Shown here one piece after another: positions 34,401-47,417 of a DNA stretch of 64,000 nucleotides; position 1 is the first letter of the stretch; each line of letters opens with the position of its first letter. The stretch is from NCBI RefSeq assembly GCF_001447785.1, contig NW_015165885.1, positions 62,001 through 126,000 on the forward strand. Direction: 5' to 3'. This DNA is from Gekko japonicus. Taxonomy: Eukaryota. The notes below the pieces were generated by a model. The model had not been told where the DNA came from. It did not search any database and saw only the letters and a list, made by a program, of their open reading frames with translations. The position numbers and the translations under genes were made by a program.

Positions 34401-37400
34401 CCAGGCACTTTCACATACATGCATGTGTGTTAGATTTCATAATTGTAATTCATCGTATCAAAACAAGACTATGGCTGCGGGCACACACACTAAATAATCT
34501 ACCTTCAATGCACTTTCCAACTGGATTTTTACTGTGTGAACTGGCAAAATCCAATTCAAAAGTGGATTGAAAGTAGATTATTTCGTGTGTGTGTGACCGC
34601 AGCCTATAAATGTCTGAAGAACTGGATCTCATGTAATCTATTAGAACACTGACATTGTTTGCAACTTACCTATATTCCCACACTTTGTAGTGTGTTGTGC
34701 TTGTGCTTAGCTGTAATTATGTGCCACTACATCATGCAAGCTTCCTACTACATCGTGTACTCCATCATGCAAGCTTCCAGGCCTAAGTCACACTTTTTTC
34801 ACATGACATTACTTACATTATGAGTTCATCATGTCATTTTTCATGTGTTGAGGCTTTTGTGTGGAACGGCCTCCATCTGATAAACTGAAACAGGGATAGT
34901 ATTTGAAAACTAGCCTTTTTTTCTAAAGTGAAAGCTTTCCACTTTTCTTTTTTTCACTTTGTTCATAAAAGGTAAAGTCACCATGTGACTCTTTTAACAT
35001 ATCAGAAAGAAAATTTAAATTGATCCAACTCTGACCCAAAGATTGCTTTTCTGATATAGCTTATGATGCATTCTCCTCCAACAGTCCCTTCTGATCCCCA
35101 GAAACTGGATTTCAGATGTCATAAGATCGATGTGGCCTTAGAGCCTCATTAGGAGATGGAGAGGGGCAAAGGAGTCAACTCACCCTCTCCTATTGAGGGT
35201 GATGGATAGGAGCCAGACCTTTGTGTTTCTTTAAAACCTCTGACAATTGTGGAAATTAGGGCATAGTACATATATGTTTGCAAGCAGGATACGTTTGACT
35301 TATTCCTTCTCTCATTTCTTTAATTTTTTTTTTTTTAGGAGGATATTCTCATAGTGGATTTGGCTGCGGTTCATGGAGGCAATTCTGTAGCTACATTAAA
35401 TGGTCAATACCTGCCTTTCTTTATTTTTTGGATAATCTGATTGTTTTTTATGTGCTCTCCTACCTCCAGCCAGTAAGTATCACTTCAGAAATACAGGCTA
35501 TTTATTCAGAAATCTTATGGTAGTCTTATGGTCCAAGACTTATGGTGTCCTATATCGACATTACCTGTGATAAGTTCAGATCAAATCATAAGCTTTAACT
35601 GGGAGTACTATACTTTTTTTTTAACCTGATTAGGTGAACTAGAAATGCTGCGGGCAGCTAGACTGGTGGGTTATGAGACATTTGTCCTGAGTAAAACCAG
35701 GATGCGTTTTGATTATTTCAACAAAAATGTTTTCATGCGGCATGTGTAATAATTCTCTTGGCATCCTGTGCTAATGTAATAGGTGGCTAGGAGAGTGAGC
35801 TGCAATCTGGGAAATCCCTGGTTTAAATCTTGCTTCTCCAAGAAGGTTATTTTAGGAAAGCCACCCCCTCCACCATCTGCAGCATGGCAATAATATTACT
35901 GGCCTACCTTACTGGACTGCTGTAAAGATTACAAGATAATGTATGCTTTGAACTCTGAAAGCATTATATAAATGGAAATAATTATTATGTGATGTCTTAT
36001 GTCTGATTGTGGCGCAACACTATAATGCAAGTTGGAAAGGTTAAAAATGGGAACAGTGGCATACATTTTCAAATACCCACATGGGCATAATAGGAATAGC
36101 AGTTTTCTCTGGCCCCAGGTAGCCCAATGCAATTTTAATCAAAAAGCGTTAGTATAAGTAATGACTTCACCCATGAAGAAAAAAATAATGATTTCAGATG
36201 ATAACAAATAGAGGTATTCTGTAATTCAGTGTTGCAAAAGCTTGAGTATGTATGTGCTCCTTAACTTGGAAGTACTTAGTGCTGCATGGGGCCATTTTTA
36301 TCTGGTGCTTGACCACTCAAAAGAAGTGAACTTGTGTGACAAAATACGATCAGATCCCAGATAACTGACTGGAGTACAGAGTGCCATGAGTACAAGTGAC
36401 TCCAGAGAACACAAAATTTGGCTACCCCGATCTAGAACAGTAGCAATGACAACTTTTCTCCTCCCTTATCCAGGGCTCTTTTTGTAGCAGGAACTCCTTT
36501 GCATATTAGATGATGCAAAGGAGTTCCTGCTACAAAAAGAGCCCTGCTTATCACTAATAATAGAGCGGGATGAATAGAGTAAATATTTGAAGCTGTTTCC
36601 TGGTAAAGATGTGGAATCTCTCTTTGGAGAATTCCAAAGGGGAGGGGAAACAGAAGAGGAATAAGGTATAAAGAGCATAAAACCACACAGATGGTCCAGA
36701 ATTCCTGCAAAAGTACAAGTTAAATTAGAACCTAGAATGGTTAATTATTAGCTGTAGAAAGTCACTAGCCAAGTCCTGCAGAAGAGGCCATAAGCCAGTC
36801 ATGAAGTAACATGGGCACTTTTACTACAAAGATGTCCACAATCAATGACCCAGTTGTTCTCCTGCTATGGTATGGGCCTCAGCTGTAGTTCTTGATCGCT
36901 GCTTATTTCACTTCTCTGAAGTCCCAGCAGTTAGTAACTGCCAACTGTCAAACTAAGGGATAAGAGAAGAGGCACAAGTTTTGTTGTTAAATAACAGAAT
37001 CTACATGCCTCAAACTGGCACCATGAAATAATAATATTAGGCAAAGGAAGGGGGTGTTCTATGTTTTGTGCTCAGTTCTGTTGGGGATGGATGAGGCAGA
37101 ATAACTTGTAGAAGGAGCTGTCAGACCTGATCTTCCCCCTTCCCCCAGAAGCCTGGTGCTTCTTACAGAAGTGGGCCCTGACGGTTGGGGAACCTTCGTG
37201 AACAAAACACGCTGCAATAGTAGGGGCTGCATTAAGAAGGGGAGATTCAGTTAAAGCATCTCCTCCTCCCAGCTGTGATGTTTGTGCCAGCAAAGAACAG
37301 AAACACAAACAATTTGTTCTGCTGCTTTCCTCCTTCCCTTGTAATATATGAAATAGGCTTATGGGTCTGAATTTTTGGAGCACAGAGAAAAAAAAGCAAG

Positions 37401-40400
37401 AGTAAAATCTTTTTGGACACTGCAAGAAAAGTACAGAAAGAACAAGTGCAAGCTCCTTGTATTCCTTCTTTCCTTAGTGCTTTGAGATGTACAAATGCCA
37501 GTTTTCAGGGCCTTCTCAGGAAACTAGCATTTATTGACATTCACGTGCAGTTCTTAATTTTTTTTCATCAACTGGGGATTCTCTGATTCCTTCTTGTATT
37601 ACAAGCTGAGGAGTTTTGCTTAGATGGAACAATCTTGGCTGTGCTATCAGGCTTGGGTGTTCGGACTTCTTGATAACGAAGCACTGTCAGCTGATATATA
37701 TATATCCTATTTCTAGGTTGCATTTTACATGTAACTTTATTCCTTGACACCTTTTTTTCTAGGCCATGGCTGTGCTGTTCTCAAATTTTGTCATTATAAC
37801 AACTGCTCTCCTGTTCAGGATAGTCCTGAAGTAAGTAGCTATGGAAACAATTTCCTTAGTCATTGCTCTATTTCCACTGTTGGTGTTGCCAGGTTTTCTT
37901 TAAAAGTCTGTAAATGAAGATCAATGGTATTTGAAATAAAAAGCAAACCCAAGTAAATTCAGTAGCATTTTAGCTTTGATGCATTAGTGTCCACGCCAGT
38001 TCCATTCCTGGCTGTTATTGATGAGAACTGCAGTCCTGAGTGTATGTGCTTGGATGTTAGTTCCGCTGAACTTGGTGAGAGTTACATTTAAGTAAGCCTG
38101 TATAGGATCAAGCTGCTAATAAGGTGACATAGATCGTTAGGTCTCTTTAGAGCACAAATCAATTTAGAGGAATGAGGTTATAAATCCTCCTTAAAGTAAT
38201 CTGTTTTCTTCAGCATTTTGAACATGGTATGCCTTGTCCACTCAGTTTATGATAGCTTTCAACTGCAACATCTAATCCTCAGGACTGAGTACTATTCCTA
38301 TAATATTTGATCTGTTCACCATTATATTATGTTTTTAGTTCTCTGAACATAAATAGCTTTCCTATTCTGTTAAATGATATTCTATCCCATCCTTGCTGCA
38401 GCTTTTATACATTTTCAACTAATGCAAACAAATTTATTGAGCCAATTAAATACTTTCCCCAGGTAAATAAGGTATATATTCTAAACTTGAATATTGCACA
38501 TATCTAGTCTAGTGTTCTGTCTTTTGGTTTATGTGTCGTAGCATGAGTCACTAAGCATACTGTCTGATCACTGTAGGGAGCTGTGGGGAGATCATGGCTT
38601 TGTAGATGTTTTAATGAATAAGGTGTGTGTTTTATCTCTGGTGATCTTTTCATTGCCTCTCTCTGCATGCTTAAAGCCCTTTCTTGTCTACACACAGACG
38701 GCAGCTCTCCTGGGTGCAATGGGCCTCTCTCCTGATTTTGTTCCTGTCTATCATAGCCCTTACTGCGGGGACTGGAAGCAACCACCATAGCTTGGCGGTG
38801 CATGGATTTCACCATGATAGTTTTTTCAGCCCATCTAACCACTGCCTGCAGTACACGAAGCCGGAGGATGAATGCTGGGGGAGAGAAAATTGCACAACAC
38901 CGTGGCTCTTCCCCAGTTTCACTTGGAACATCACCACCACTGCCACAGGAGTCTTGACATCACTTCAGCTTGGTCTAGGACATCTGCTCATACTACTGCA
39001 GTGCTTTATTTCTGCTCTAGCCAACATTTATAATGAAAAGATACTGAAAGAAGGTGGCCAGTTCAGTGAAAACATCTTTGTACAGAACACTAAGTTGTAC
39101 CTTTTCGGAGCTATGTTCAATGCCCTGATACTGGGCCTGCGCACTGAACATCGAGGCCAGATAGAGTTCTGTGGGTTCTTCTATGGCCACAACACATTCT
39201 CCGTAGCCCTTATTTTTGTCACTGCTTTCCTCGGGCTCTCAGTGGCTTTCATCTTGAAATTCCGAGACAACATGTTTCATGTTCTGACTGCACAAGTTAC
39301 AACTGTGATCATAACCACCGTGTCTGTCTTTGTTTTTGACTTCAAACCTTCTATGGAGTTCTTCTTGGAGGCTCCTGTGGTACTTTTGTCCATATTCATC
39401 TACCATTCCAGCAGCCCTCGATGCACAGAATATACTACACAGTGGGAGAGGAGCAAACTTGGAGGAGGTACATGGGAGCGCTCCAGTGGGGTAAGGTTTG
39501 AAGTGTTGCATTCTGACCCTATCCCACCCCTAAAGCTGGGATGGCGTCAGATTTAAGCAGATAGGTTTTTCTGCAGTGGCTAAACAGCATCCTGTCCCTG
39601 GAAAACGGGTGGCTGTATGCCACTTGTCAATACCAATATCTGTTAACTTCCTCTCTGTGGTAATTTGCCCACAGAACAATGGCATCAAAGGTCGGTGGTT
39701 TTACTCCAGTGGCTCTGAAGATGTGGTAAAATGTGCTGCCTGTGGTCCTGTGTTTCTCTCTCTTGTGCTGCCTTACTCCCTTGAAAAATTCTGCATGCTG
39801 TAAAAAATCTATGATATACAGCACTGCCACACCACTTAGGTTTTTTTTTTTGGTGGGCTGTGGCATAACAGTGTTAATGGCACTTGCATTGCAGGAGATG
39901 AGGCTAAGTATTCAAGGGTCAAGTATCAGAGGTAGGAGCTTCCTTTGTGATACTTGCCCACCACTTATAGTCTCTTCCATCCTTTTTATATTTTGCTGTT
40001 GAACTCTTACTTTTCTATAGTGGTGCCATTGTGTCAAACAGTTGCACCTTTTATCAACAGTGAAAAGTTTTAGGGAACATAACCTAATCCTTTAATCCAT
40101 AATTTTGATTGCATTATTGCATATGATGATTATTAATATTGACACATATATATTATTAGCGTATCTTAGGTGATAGAGATTTTGAAAATTTCAGCTTTCC
40201 TGGCTGCAGTCATTTGGCACAAGAGGCTGTAAAGCACTCAATAAATAATTTCTCAATGTTTGGCCTTTGTTTTCCCATACAATATTTAAAACCCCATTAT
40301 CCCAACTACCCAGGAATTCTAGAATCTTGTAATTTCAGGGTAAATTAAAAAGAGGCAAACAATAGCTAGAAAATTTCCTTCTCAAGGTTTTTTCTACAAC

Positions 40401-40940
40401 TTCCGAATATTGTTCCTCTTGTTTTACTATCATTTAAAACATATATTTAGAATGTGCTTAAACCCATTGATTTCTGTAGACTCAACTGTGGCTGTGGCTG
40501 CTGTTTGAGGGTATTGGACACCAGGTGGTGCTGTTTGCAGTGAAATCTTCTATCAAGCGATATTGTTAAAAAGTGATCAGATGAATGCTTCCATTTCTAA
40601 CACATTTACATACAAATTATCCATGAATGGTGCCTGCCCTTTATTCTCCTTGTCCCTCCATCTAAATCCCAGTAAACAAAAAATTCTCTGCCAGTGCAGT
40701 CCTAACTAGAGCTACACCCTTCTAGGTCCATGAGAAAAGGACTTAGCAGGGTGTAACTGTGTAGGATTGTAGAATGCATCACTGATGTAGCTTCACAAAA
40801 ACAAAGTATTTCATACATACTTATGAAAACCTTTAATGTTGCATTTCATCCTCTGCATTTGTTTTCTTTAGGATGGAGAAGAGCTCGAGAGACTCACCAA
40901 ACCAGACAGTGATCATGATTCAGAGGAAGAGGCCTTATAG
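31293..40940 (+). CDS. SLC35A5: SLC35A5, probable UDP-sugar (nucleotide-sugar) transporter; complete CDS in 6 exons, 1293 nt = 430 aa + stop
   Basis: join of 31293-31422, 31908-32006, 35339-35472, 37763-37830, 38698-39490, 40872-40940. GT-AG introns, continuous frame. Motifs [50 protein letters not shown] and [12 protein letters not shown] match vertebrate SLC35A5, and the synteny with ATG3 and CCDC80 agrees. Confidence 0.96.
31908..32006 (+). CDS. SLC35A5: SLC35A5 coding exon 2 ([33 protein letters not shown])
   Basis: TTTTCAG acceptor, GTAAGT donor; 99 nt. Confidence 0.95.
33444..33694 (+). mobile_element. Squam3-like SINE, truncated by the assembly gap
   Basis: GGAGAGCCAGTTTGGTGTAGTGGTTAAG...CTCAGCCCCACCTACCTTACAGGG; highly similar to 3115-3397. 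Confidence 0.87.
33695..33823. other. Assembly gap (129 N)
   Basis: Run of N between two SINE tails. Confidence 0.99.
33824..34010 (-). mobile_element. 5S rRNA-derived SINE (SINE3 / 5S-Sauria-like)
   Basis: The reverse strand reads GCCCGATCTCATCAGATCTCAGAAGCTAAGCAGGG...AGTATTTGGATGGGAGACC...GGGAATACC (5S internal control region), followed by a non-5S tail. Confidence 0.85.
34473..34604. mobile_element. Palindromic MITE, PIF/Harbinger-like
   Basis: GGCTGCGG...CCGCAGCC termini, 3-bp TSD TAT; a second copy lies at 60937-61049. Confidence 0.75.
35339..35472 (+). CDS. SLC35A5: SLC35A5 coding exon 3 (...[25 protein letters not shown])
   Basis: Poly-T TAG acceptor (tandem GAG alternative giving a start at 35342), GTAAGT donor. 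Confidence 0.93.
36471..36546. mobile_element. 76-bp hairpin hAT-type MITE (internally deleted)
   Basis: CAGGGCTCTTTTTGTAGCAGGAACTCCTTTGCAT / ATGCAAAGGAGTTCCTGCTACAAAAAGAGCCCTG inverted arms; partial TSD CTTATC. Confidence 0.8.
37763..37830 (+). CDS. SLC35A5: SLC35A5 coding exon 4 ([23 protein letters not shown])
   Basis: CTAG acceptor, GTAAGT donor; 68 nt. Confidence 0.95.
38698..39490 (+). CDS. SLC35A5: SLC35A5 large coding exon 5 ([12 protein letters not shown]...WERSSG)
   Basis: Core of ORF 38684..39556; multi-pass hydrophobic segments; CAG acceptor, GGG|GTAAGG donor; 793 nt. Confidence 0.97.
40872..40940 (+). CDS. SLC35A5: SLC35A5 last coding exon ([22 protein letters not shown])
   Basis: TTTAG acceptor; TAG stop; acidic C-terminal tail. 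Confidence 0.95.
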   Translation, partial: DGEELERLTKPDSDHDSEEEAL

Positions 40941-41841
40941 TGTTTGGATTCTTGAGTTTTAGACACTTCTCATTAGAAGAAAGTACTTCTGCAGTTGGGG
41001 GAAGGTAAAAGCTTTTTCATGCAAAAAGGAGGGAAGTTCTTTTTATTTTTCCCCACTACAGCAGAATTTTAATTTGCCTTTTGATCAAGCTGTTCAAGGA
41101 AACATATCTATGTGATCCTTCTGCAACAGAAAGCAGTTGCTATGCGATGGATGCTGATGGGTTAGAATTGGAAACATCACTTCGAACCCATATGTATTAA
41201 GACTGCTGATTCTTCCATATCAGTAAAAAGGGGGTTAATTCCATCCAAGCTGATCTGAGTACCTCATTTCAAAGTTGTTATGAGATTCAGACTTGATGGG
41301 GCCAAAGAGCACTCCAGGCTTTTCCTGCATTCCAGAGGAACACATGCATCTGGCGTCAAACAGTATTTGAGGTTACTGTATATTTCATTTACTTGTGTCA
41401 GGAGTACTTCCCACATCAAGTATTGTATGGTAAATTTGTCTGTGCTGCTGTGCGTATATTTTGCAAGAAGCCAAGGCCACTCATATACAATGCATGCTGT
41501 GTGTCAGATGCACAATTATGTTTTTAGGTGTACATGTAAAATATAGGAGTACCTTAAAAATGTAATGTGTTAAGCAGCCTTCAGTGATGGATGCAATTGC
41601 AATATATTAGTAAAGATCCAGTCCAGGCTTAATCCCGTGTGTTGCTGGGACTGTAAAAGTGCTTTAAATGTTCTGTTTTACATTCTAAATAAGAGTTTTC
41701 ATTCGAATTTCTAGTATTTCCTTGAAAAACTCAAAATTGTTTTGTTCTGTTTGATCACAAATGAAACAAGCAACTCAGCTGTGAGATCCATATTAAAAAT
41801 TATGTCCAAGTACATATTTGTTGTGCTGTAGTGGTATAGAA

Positions 41842-42189
41842 GGAGCTGCGGTGGCTCAAGTGGTTAAGCCGCTGAACTGCAGGCTGTGGAAGGTCAGTAG
41901 TTCAGCAGTTCAAGACCCAGGTGCCGCATGATGGAGTGAGCTCCCGTCTCTAGTTCCAACTCCTGCCAACCTAGCAGTTCGAAAACAAGAAATTGCAAGT
42001 AGATAAATAGGTACCACTTTGGTGGGAAGGTAACAGCGTTCCCTGCGCCTTGGTGTTTAGTCATGCCGGCCACATGACCACGGAAACGTCTTCAGACAGC
42101 GCTGGCTCTTCGGCTTTGAAACGGAGAGGAGCACCGCAACCCTAGAGTCGGATTTGACTGGCTTTCGAGCAAGGGAACCTTTACCTTTA
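41842..42189 (+). mobile_element. Sauria SINE, full length
   Basis: tRNA-like head GGAGCTGCGGTGGCTCAAGTGGTTAAG, core GTAGATAAATAGGTACC, GTCATGCCGGCCACATGACC, BovB-like tail ending ACCTTTACCTTTA; flanking near-TSD TAGTGGTATAGA / TAGTAGTATAGA. Confidence 0.92.
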
Positions 42190-45100
42190 GTAGTATAGAG
42201 CCTGGTGCAAGCTAGAATGGGGTAATAAATCTTCTTCTTCTTCATCATCATAATTAAGAACAGCTTCCAAGATAAAGATGGATGCAGTGAACGGACAGTA
42301 AGATGACATCATAATAAACAGCAGAGCTTGTGCATTTTAGTTCTACCATGATGATAATTTCATAATTTCTGTTTTTATCAAAAGTTATGCATTTATAAAA
42401 ACATTATGCATTCAGAGATTCTTTATCAAGACCAGCTGTTTTTACTAATCTTCCCACTTAAATGCAGTTGTGTCAGAAGGTAGCTTGAGTAAATGTGATG
42501 AAAAGATGGTGAACTCATCCACAAAGAATTGCTACTGTTCCTGGTCATGTGACTAGTGATGCCTTGCTTTCAGGATATGGCCCAGGTTCTACTGGGAACC
42601 TCACTGTGGATACAGTCCACACCTGGATGTGAAGTTTGAACCTCAGCCCAACTCTGATTCTTCTCAGTCAGATGACAGTTGCTAGGAACTAATTTCCCAT
42701 GCATCACAGGGGCCCCAGCTGGGTGGGGAGGTATTGTGTTCAGCCTTCTCTCCCCCCCCATGCCATTTTCCCAATGTAAGTGGTGGTGGGGGGCTTATTT
42801 GCCCCCTGTGAATTCCTGCACATACAGCCCATGGTGCAATTTTTCTTTGCCTGGGTGTACTGCAATTGTACAGAGTGTATCACAGGAAGAAAGAACAGGC
42901 AAGACACAACAAATGGTACATTAAAATGGAACAAAATACTGCAAGGCACAGTCATGGTGCAGATACCCCCTAAAATTATAATAATGTATTTAATCCTCAT
43001 TGTGAATATGAGTACAGAAACTGAATGGGTTGGTTCCTTTCAGCTCTTCTGCTGCCATAAGTGGCAGGATGCCAGAGACTATGGAACCTGTGTGGGCAAA
43101 AAATACAACACATGAGGCATGGACTTGTGATAAAAAGGGGGGATCAGGTGGGACTGCCCCCCACCACAGTCCTTGCACCAGTGGAATATCTGGTAGGATC
43201 TATGCTAGTGTTTCTATCAGGGTGTTCAGTTGGTATCCAGACTGAGAAAATGTGTAAAAAAGAAATAGTGTAAATATAGACAAGAAGATGAAATTATCCT
43301 GATATTATTTTGCATAATGTAATCTGGGAGTCTTGATAACACATGAATGGTCACATGTGGGCCTTGGGGACTTGAAAGATTGTTACATACCTTTCTTGCA
43401 GAAGGATTGTGATGTGGACTGTGAAAGTGCTGTGGTAAGTGGTGATATATAAGCTGCTGCAGTTGCATAGATTACACACATCTTGTTGTGTGTACGGAAA
43501 AGACTGGCTTCATAGGGTGGCTTCAGTTCTTTATGACACTCCTACAGTACAAAGTATTTTAGGTCCATTTTAATGAAGCAGCTTTTTGAACCTGGCTTGT
43601 AAATAACCTTAACAGTGTTTCTTCATGAGAAATACCATTAGAAATGAGGTTATATTGCTAGTAAAAGTGTGACTGCAAAGCTGGTGTGTTTTATATTAAC
43701 AGTGGGTCTAATTCTGATTTGGTATTACCTTTTTAGTAATCTTTCTGGTTCCTGAGGGAATTGTTTTGATGTTTGCTGATAGATCTGAGAACATAGGATT
43801 TCTGTTACTAGCTGCTTTTTATTATTCTGCTGTGTTCTTTAAGGAACTCATCTGGAGTGCCTGGGTTTAACCAAAACGTGACCCCCTTTGTATGGAATTT
43901 TAATATTCACAGTCCAGACTACTATGCCATAAGGCCAAATAAAATGAAATGTGCAAACACAGTGAATGAATGTTGGATTTCTTGTGTACATTTCTTGAAT
44001 GTGTAGGGCTGGATGGGGAGGTACAGGGCAATGAGGGGGAAGAGCAGGGTGTTTTGGTTAATACGTGATTGGCCAGCTTGTGCCTGGTTCTTTGAAGTGT
44101 TTTTTTGAAGGGGGGTTGGTATAGTGGTTAGGGCATCAGGCAGACACAGGTTTTCATCTGTACTTTGCCATAGAAAATTACACTGTCAGGCTAACCTACT
44201 TCACAGTGTTGTTGTGAAGATAAAAAGGAGGAAAAGAAAATGATATAAGTTGCTTTGGGTCTCCTTTGGGGAGCAAGGCTGGTTATAAATGAAGTAAAAA
44301 TAATAAGAAGAAATACCACTGTTCCCTGTTTGGAATACTGGAAGAAGCCAAACTGCAGAGAAAAATGGAGGGAGGTCTTTAGAACAGAATTAGCAGAGAA
44401 TTGAAGGGTTAATCCCTGCCTTGCCTGTCCATCCTCCTATACAAATGCCATCCCCTCCTCCTTTCACATTGTGGCAGATAGTTCAGAAAGGATTTGCCTA
44501 TTATAAGGTGTATTTCTGCCCTGAGAGAGATCGGATATTTTGCTTTCTTTGGCTTGGCAGAATGTAATACAAAATTACTTTGAAATGCTTGTTTTCATTA
44601 AGGGGAAGCAGTATGCTTTGTGAAGAAAACAATACCCTACTACTCAACCATCCCAAGTGTTTGAGCTAATGAGTCTGTAGGGCAGTATATTTTCAATCTA
44701 TTCGGCTGCATTTAATATGTGTTAGACTTGCTTAGGTCTCTTCCCTTAGGTTTACAGCTGTCTTCCTCAACATGATGTTTCCAGGAAGCATCTGTGAAAC
44801 CTTAGCTTTGGATTAGAGTTCAATTAAGGAAGGAAAAGGCAGAGAACTTTTTTACCTAAACATTTCCAAAGAATCTCCTCTCTCATAAAAAGAAGTCTGC
44901 ACACATAAATCTGCTGAACGCATCTTACAAGTTAACATTAAACTAGTGAGACCTTGAAACCTTGTGAGCTGTGCATGAAAACCAATGAAAATTGAAGAAT
45001 ACTGTGAATGTGCTTTGCACTCTTCTTTTGCAGTGAATATTATATGCAAAGTTTCACTGGGCCTTCATTGATTATTTCTTAGAAGAGAGCCCCTCCTCAC

Positions 45101-46029
45101 TAAAGTTCAATGGAGTGGGTGGATTTGGGCTAAACTCTTGTCTAGATAATAAACCCCTGATCATAGGGCAGCAGTCCTGGTGGAAACCTGTGTCCAAGCA
45201 GGAAAAAAAACCTCACTGAAAAGCTATTCCCCAACACCAACTCTATATTCCAATCTATAGATAAGGACAAACAGCAAAGGTCACAGTAAGATGGAACAAT
45301 ATCAACAGGAATACCTCCCCTGACTGCCTGTAAACAAAGATCATCCACCAGTACAACGAAAGCGAACTCAGTTCTGAACCCAGGCCTGAAGCCACGTTGA
45401 AATGGGTCAAAAGGAGATTTGTCATCCAGAAACCACTGTGAAAGCCACAGAAATTTGCTATGTAAGAATTTATCCTGCAGAGCATCAAGTTTAAACATGT
45501 CCTAACAACACATCCCCTACAGTGGGGGGGGGGGTGTCATTTTTCACCCTGAAGACAGGGTCCCTAAGGTCTATGCTGAGGTAGGACATCTGTGTTTGGT
45601 TTGGCATGTCCAACTGTGCTCACATGACTGAATTCTTTCTCCATACAGAAGCATTCCTTCAAGACTGGAAACTGGCTCAGGGAGGAGGCTAGAGTAGAAC
45701 CCTTTGCCCCCTACCAGCTAGTCCTTTATGTTTATAAGTCTGAATATTCCTCCCTACTGACAGAACTCAGATACTGGTTTTCCAAGGACTAGGTAGCAAT
45801 TTCCCAAAGATGGTTTAGTTGACATAAGGGTTTCAAGAAGGAATTTATTATTAAATTTATTAGAATACTTCTATACCATCATTATTTGCTCAAGCAAACC
45901 CAAGGTGGTTTACAAAACAGAATAAAAAACCCAGACAGCTCAGTTAACATTCTACAAGTATAAAAGCTGACAGTCTAAAATCAATAAACCTGTCACCATA
46001 AAGCCACAGCAACCAATTAATTTAAATTA

Positions 46030-46271
46030 CAGGCTGCCCCATGTGCCTGGCGTTGCCATTTGTCAGCCCAGGTAGGGCCTGGAGCTCTCCCAGAATTACA
46101 ACTAATCTCCAGGCCATAGAGATTTGTTCCTCTGGAGGAAATGACAGCTTTGGAGGGCGGGCTCTATGGCGCCACACCCCACTGAGCTTCCTTCCTCTTC
46201 CTAAATGCTGCCTTCCCCAAGCACCACTTCCAAATCTCCAGGAATTCCCCAAGCTGTAGTTTGCAACCCTA
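46030..46271. mobile_element. hAT-type MITE, diverged
   Basis: Ends in TTGCAACCCTA; internal GCCATAGAG...CTCTATGGC inverted repeat; same TIR family as 23080 and 49475. Confidence 0.65.
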
Positions 46272-47417
46272 CATGTGACTATCTCCTGGACTTCCACCAG
46301 AGCCAAATTTTCTCTGATTTCTAAGGCAGTGGAAGTTCTGGTAAAGTGGACCATTTCTTCTGGAATTAAGGAGTTGGCTAGCATTATCCATGCTCTAATC
46401 CTCTATGAAAGTGTTGTTCTAGGAGATCTCACTTCCCAGGCATGTGATGAGTGAAGGTCAGGAAGGGAGCTATGGACTCCTTCCTGTCATGACTGGTGTA
46501 AGGAGAAATGTTGCAGAAGGTGCTGATGTTTAGGCATTCTGCTCCAAGCAACTGATAACGTCGCTGGGGTGTGGCTGAGCTCTTCTGTTCTCACTGATCT
46601 ACATTTCTGTTTTCAAAATGGTTTGTGTGCATTTCTCAGCTCTCTTAGTGTCTCTCTAAAGAAATTCACTAACTAAGGCAAGAAGATGCTTGGGGATCTA
46701 AGGAGTACTTGTTAGCCACAACTGTTTAGTCCCAGAGACAGGACCTTCCCTGAGCTGAATGCTCTCCTCCCAAAAAAGATGGAAACAAATCTGCAAGAGA
46801 AGAGCCCACAGCAACATGATGCAATGTTTCCACTAAGAATCTATTTTGATATTGTTTTGAGCCTTTAGCAATTTCAGCTTCCCATATTGGAAACTGATAG
46901 ATTAAACCAGCAGACTACGAATCTGGTTTGTTATAAAAGTCCTTTCAGACAAATCCTGTAAGCATTCATTTTTCTAAAAGGATCTGTTCCATAGTAATTC
47001 CTCAAAAATAAAATAAAACTGTAACATAATCTGCTGCTCCTCTTCAGCAAAAAAATCATACTTTCCAATAAATATTTTTCTCCCATGGGAGAGAAAAATA
47101 GTATATGTCTACTGTACAGTTTGTACCCTGCAGGGGGTGATATATACATACATAGCACCAGATAATACCCTCAAATTACAAGGGTTTCAAAATATAGAGG
47201 AGTCCGTAAGGCACCAGCAATACTAGCTTAACTTATTTCACTTCATGGACATGCATGTTATAGAGAAGGCCAAAGTTCAATACTCATGCAGTCCCTGAAG
47301 AACAAGAAGAAAGAAACATTTAGGCTGCTGTGAAAGGCTTTGTACATATGGCCCCTTGTGGTTTGAACAGCTATTAAGATGCAAGCAGGGCGTGGTCAAT
47401 AGTTAAATTCTTTTTCT

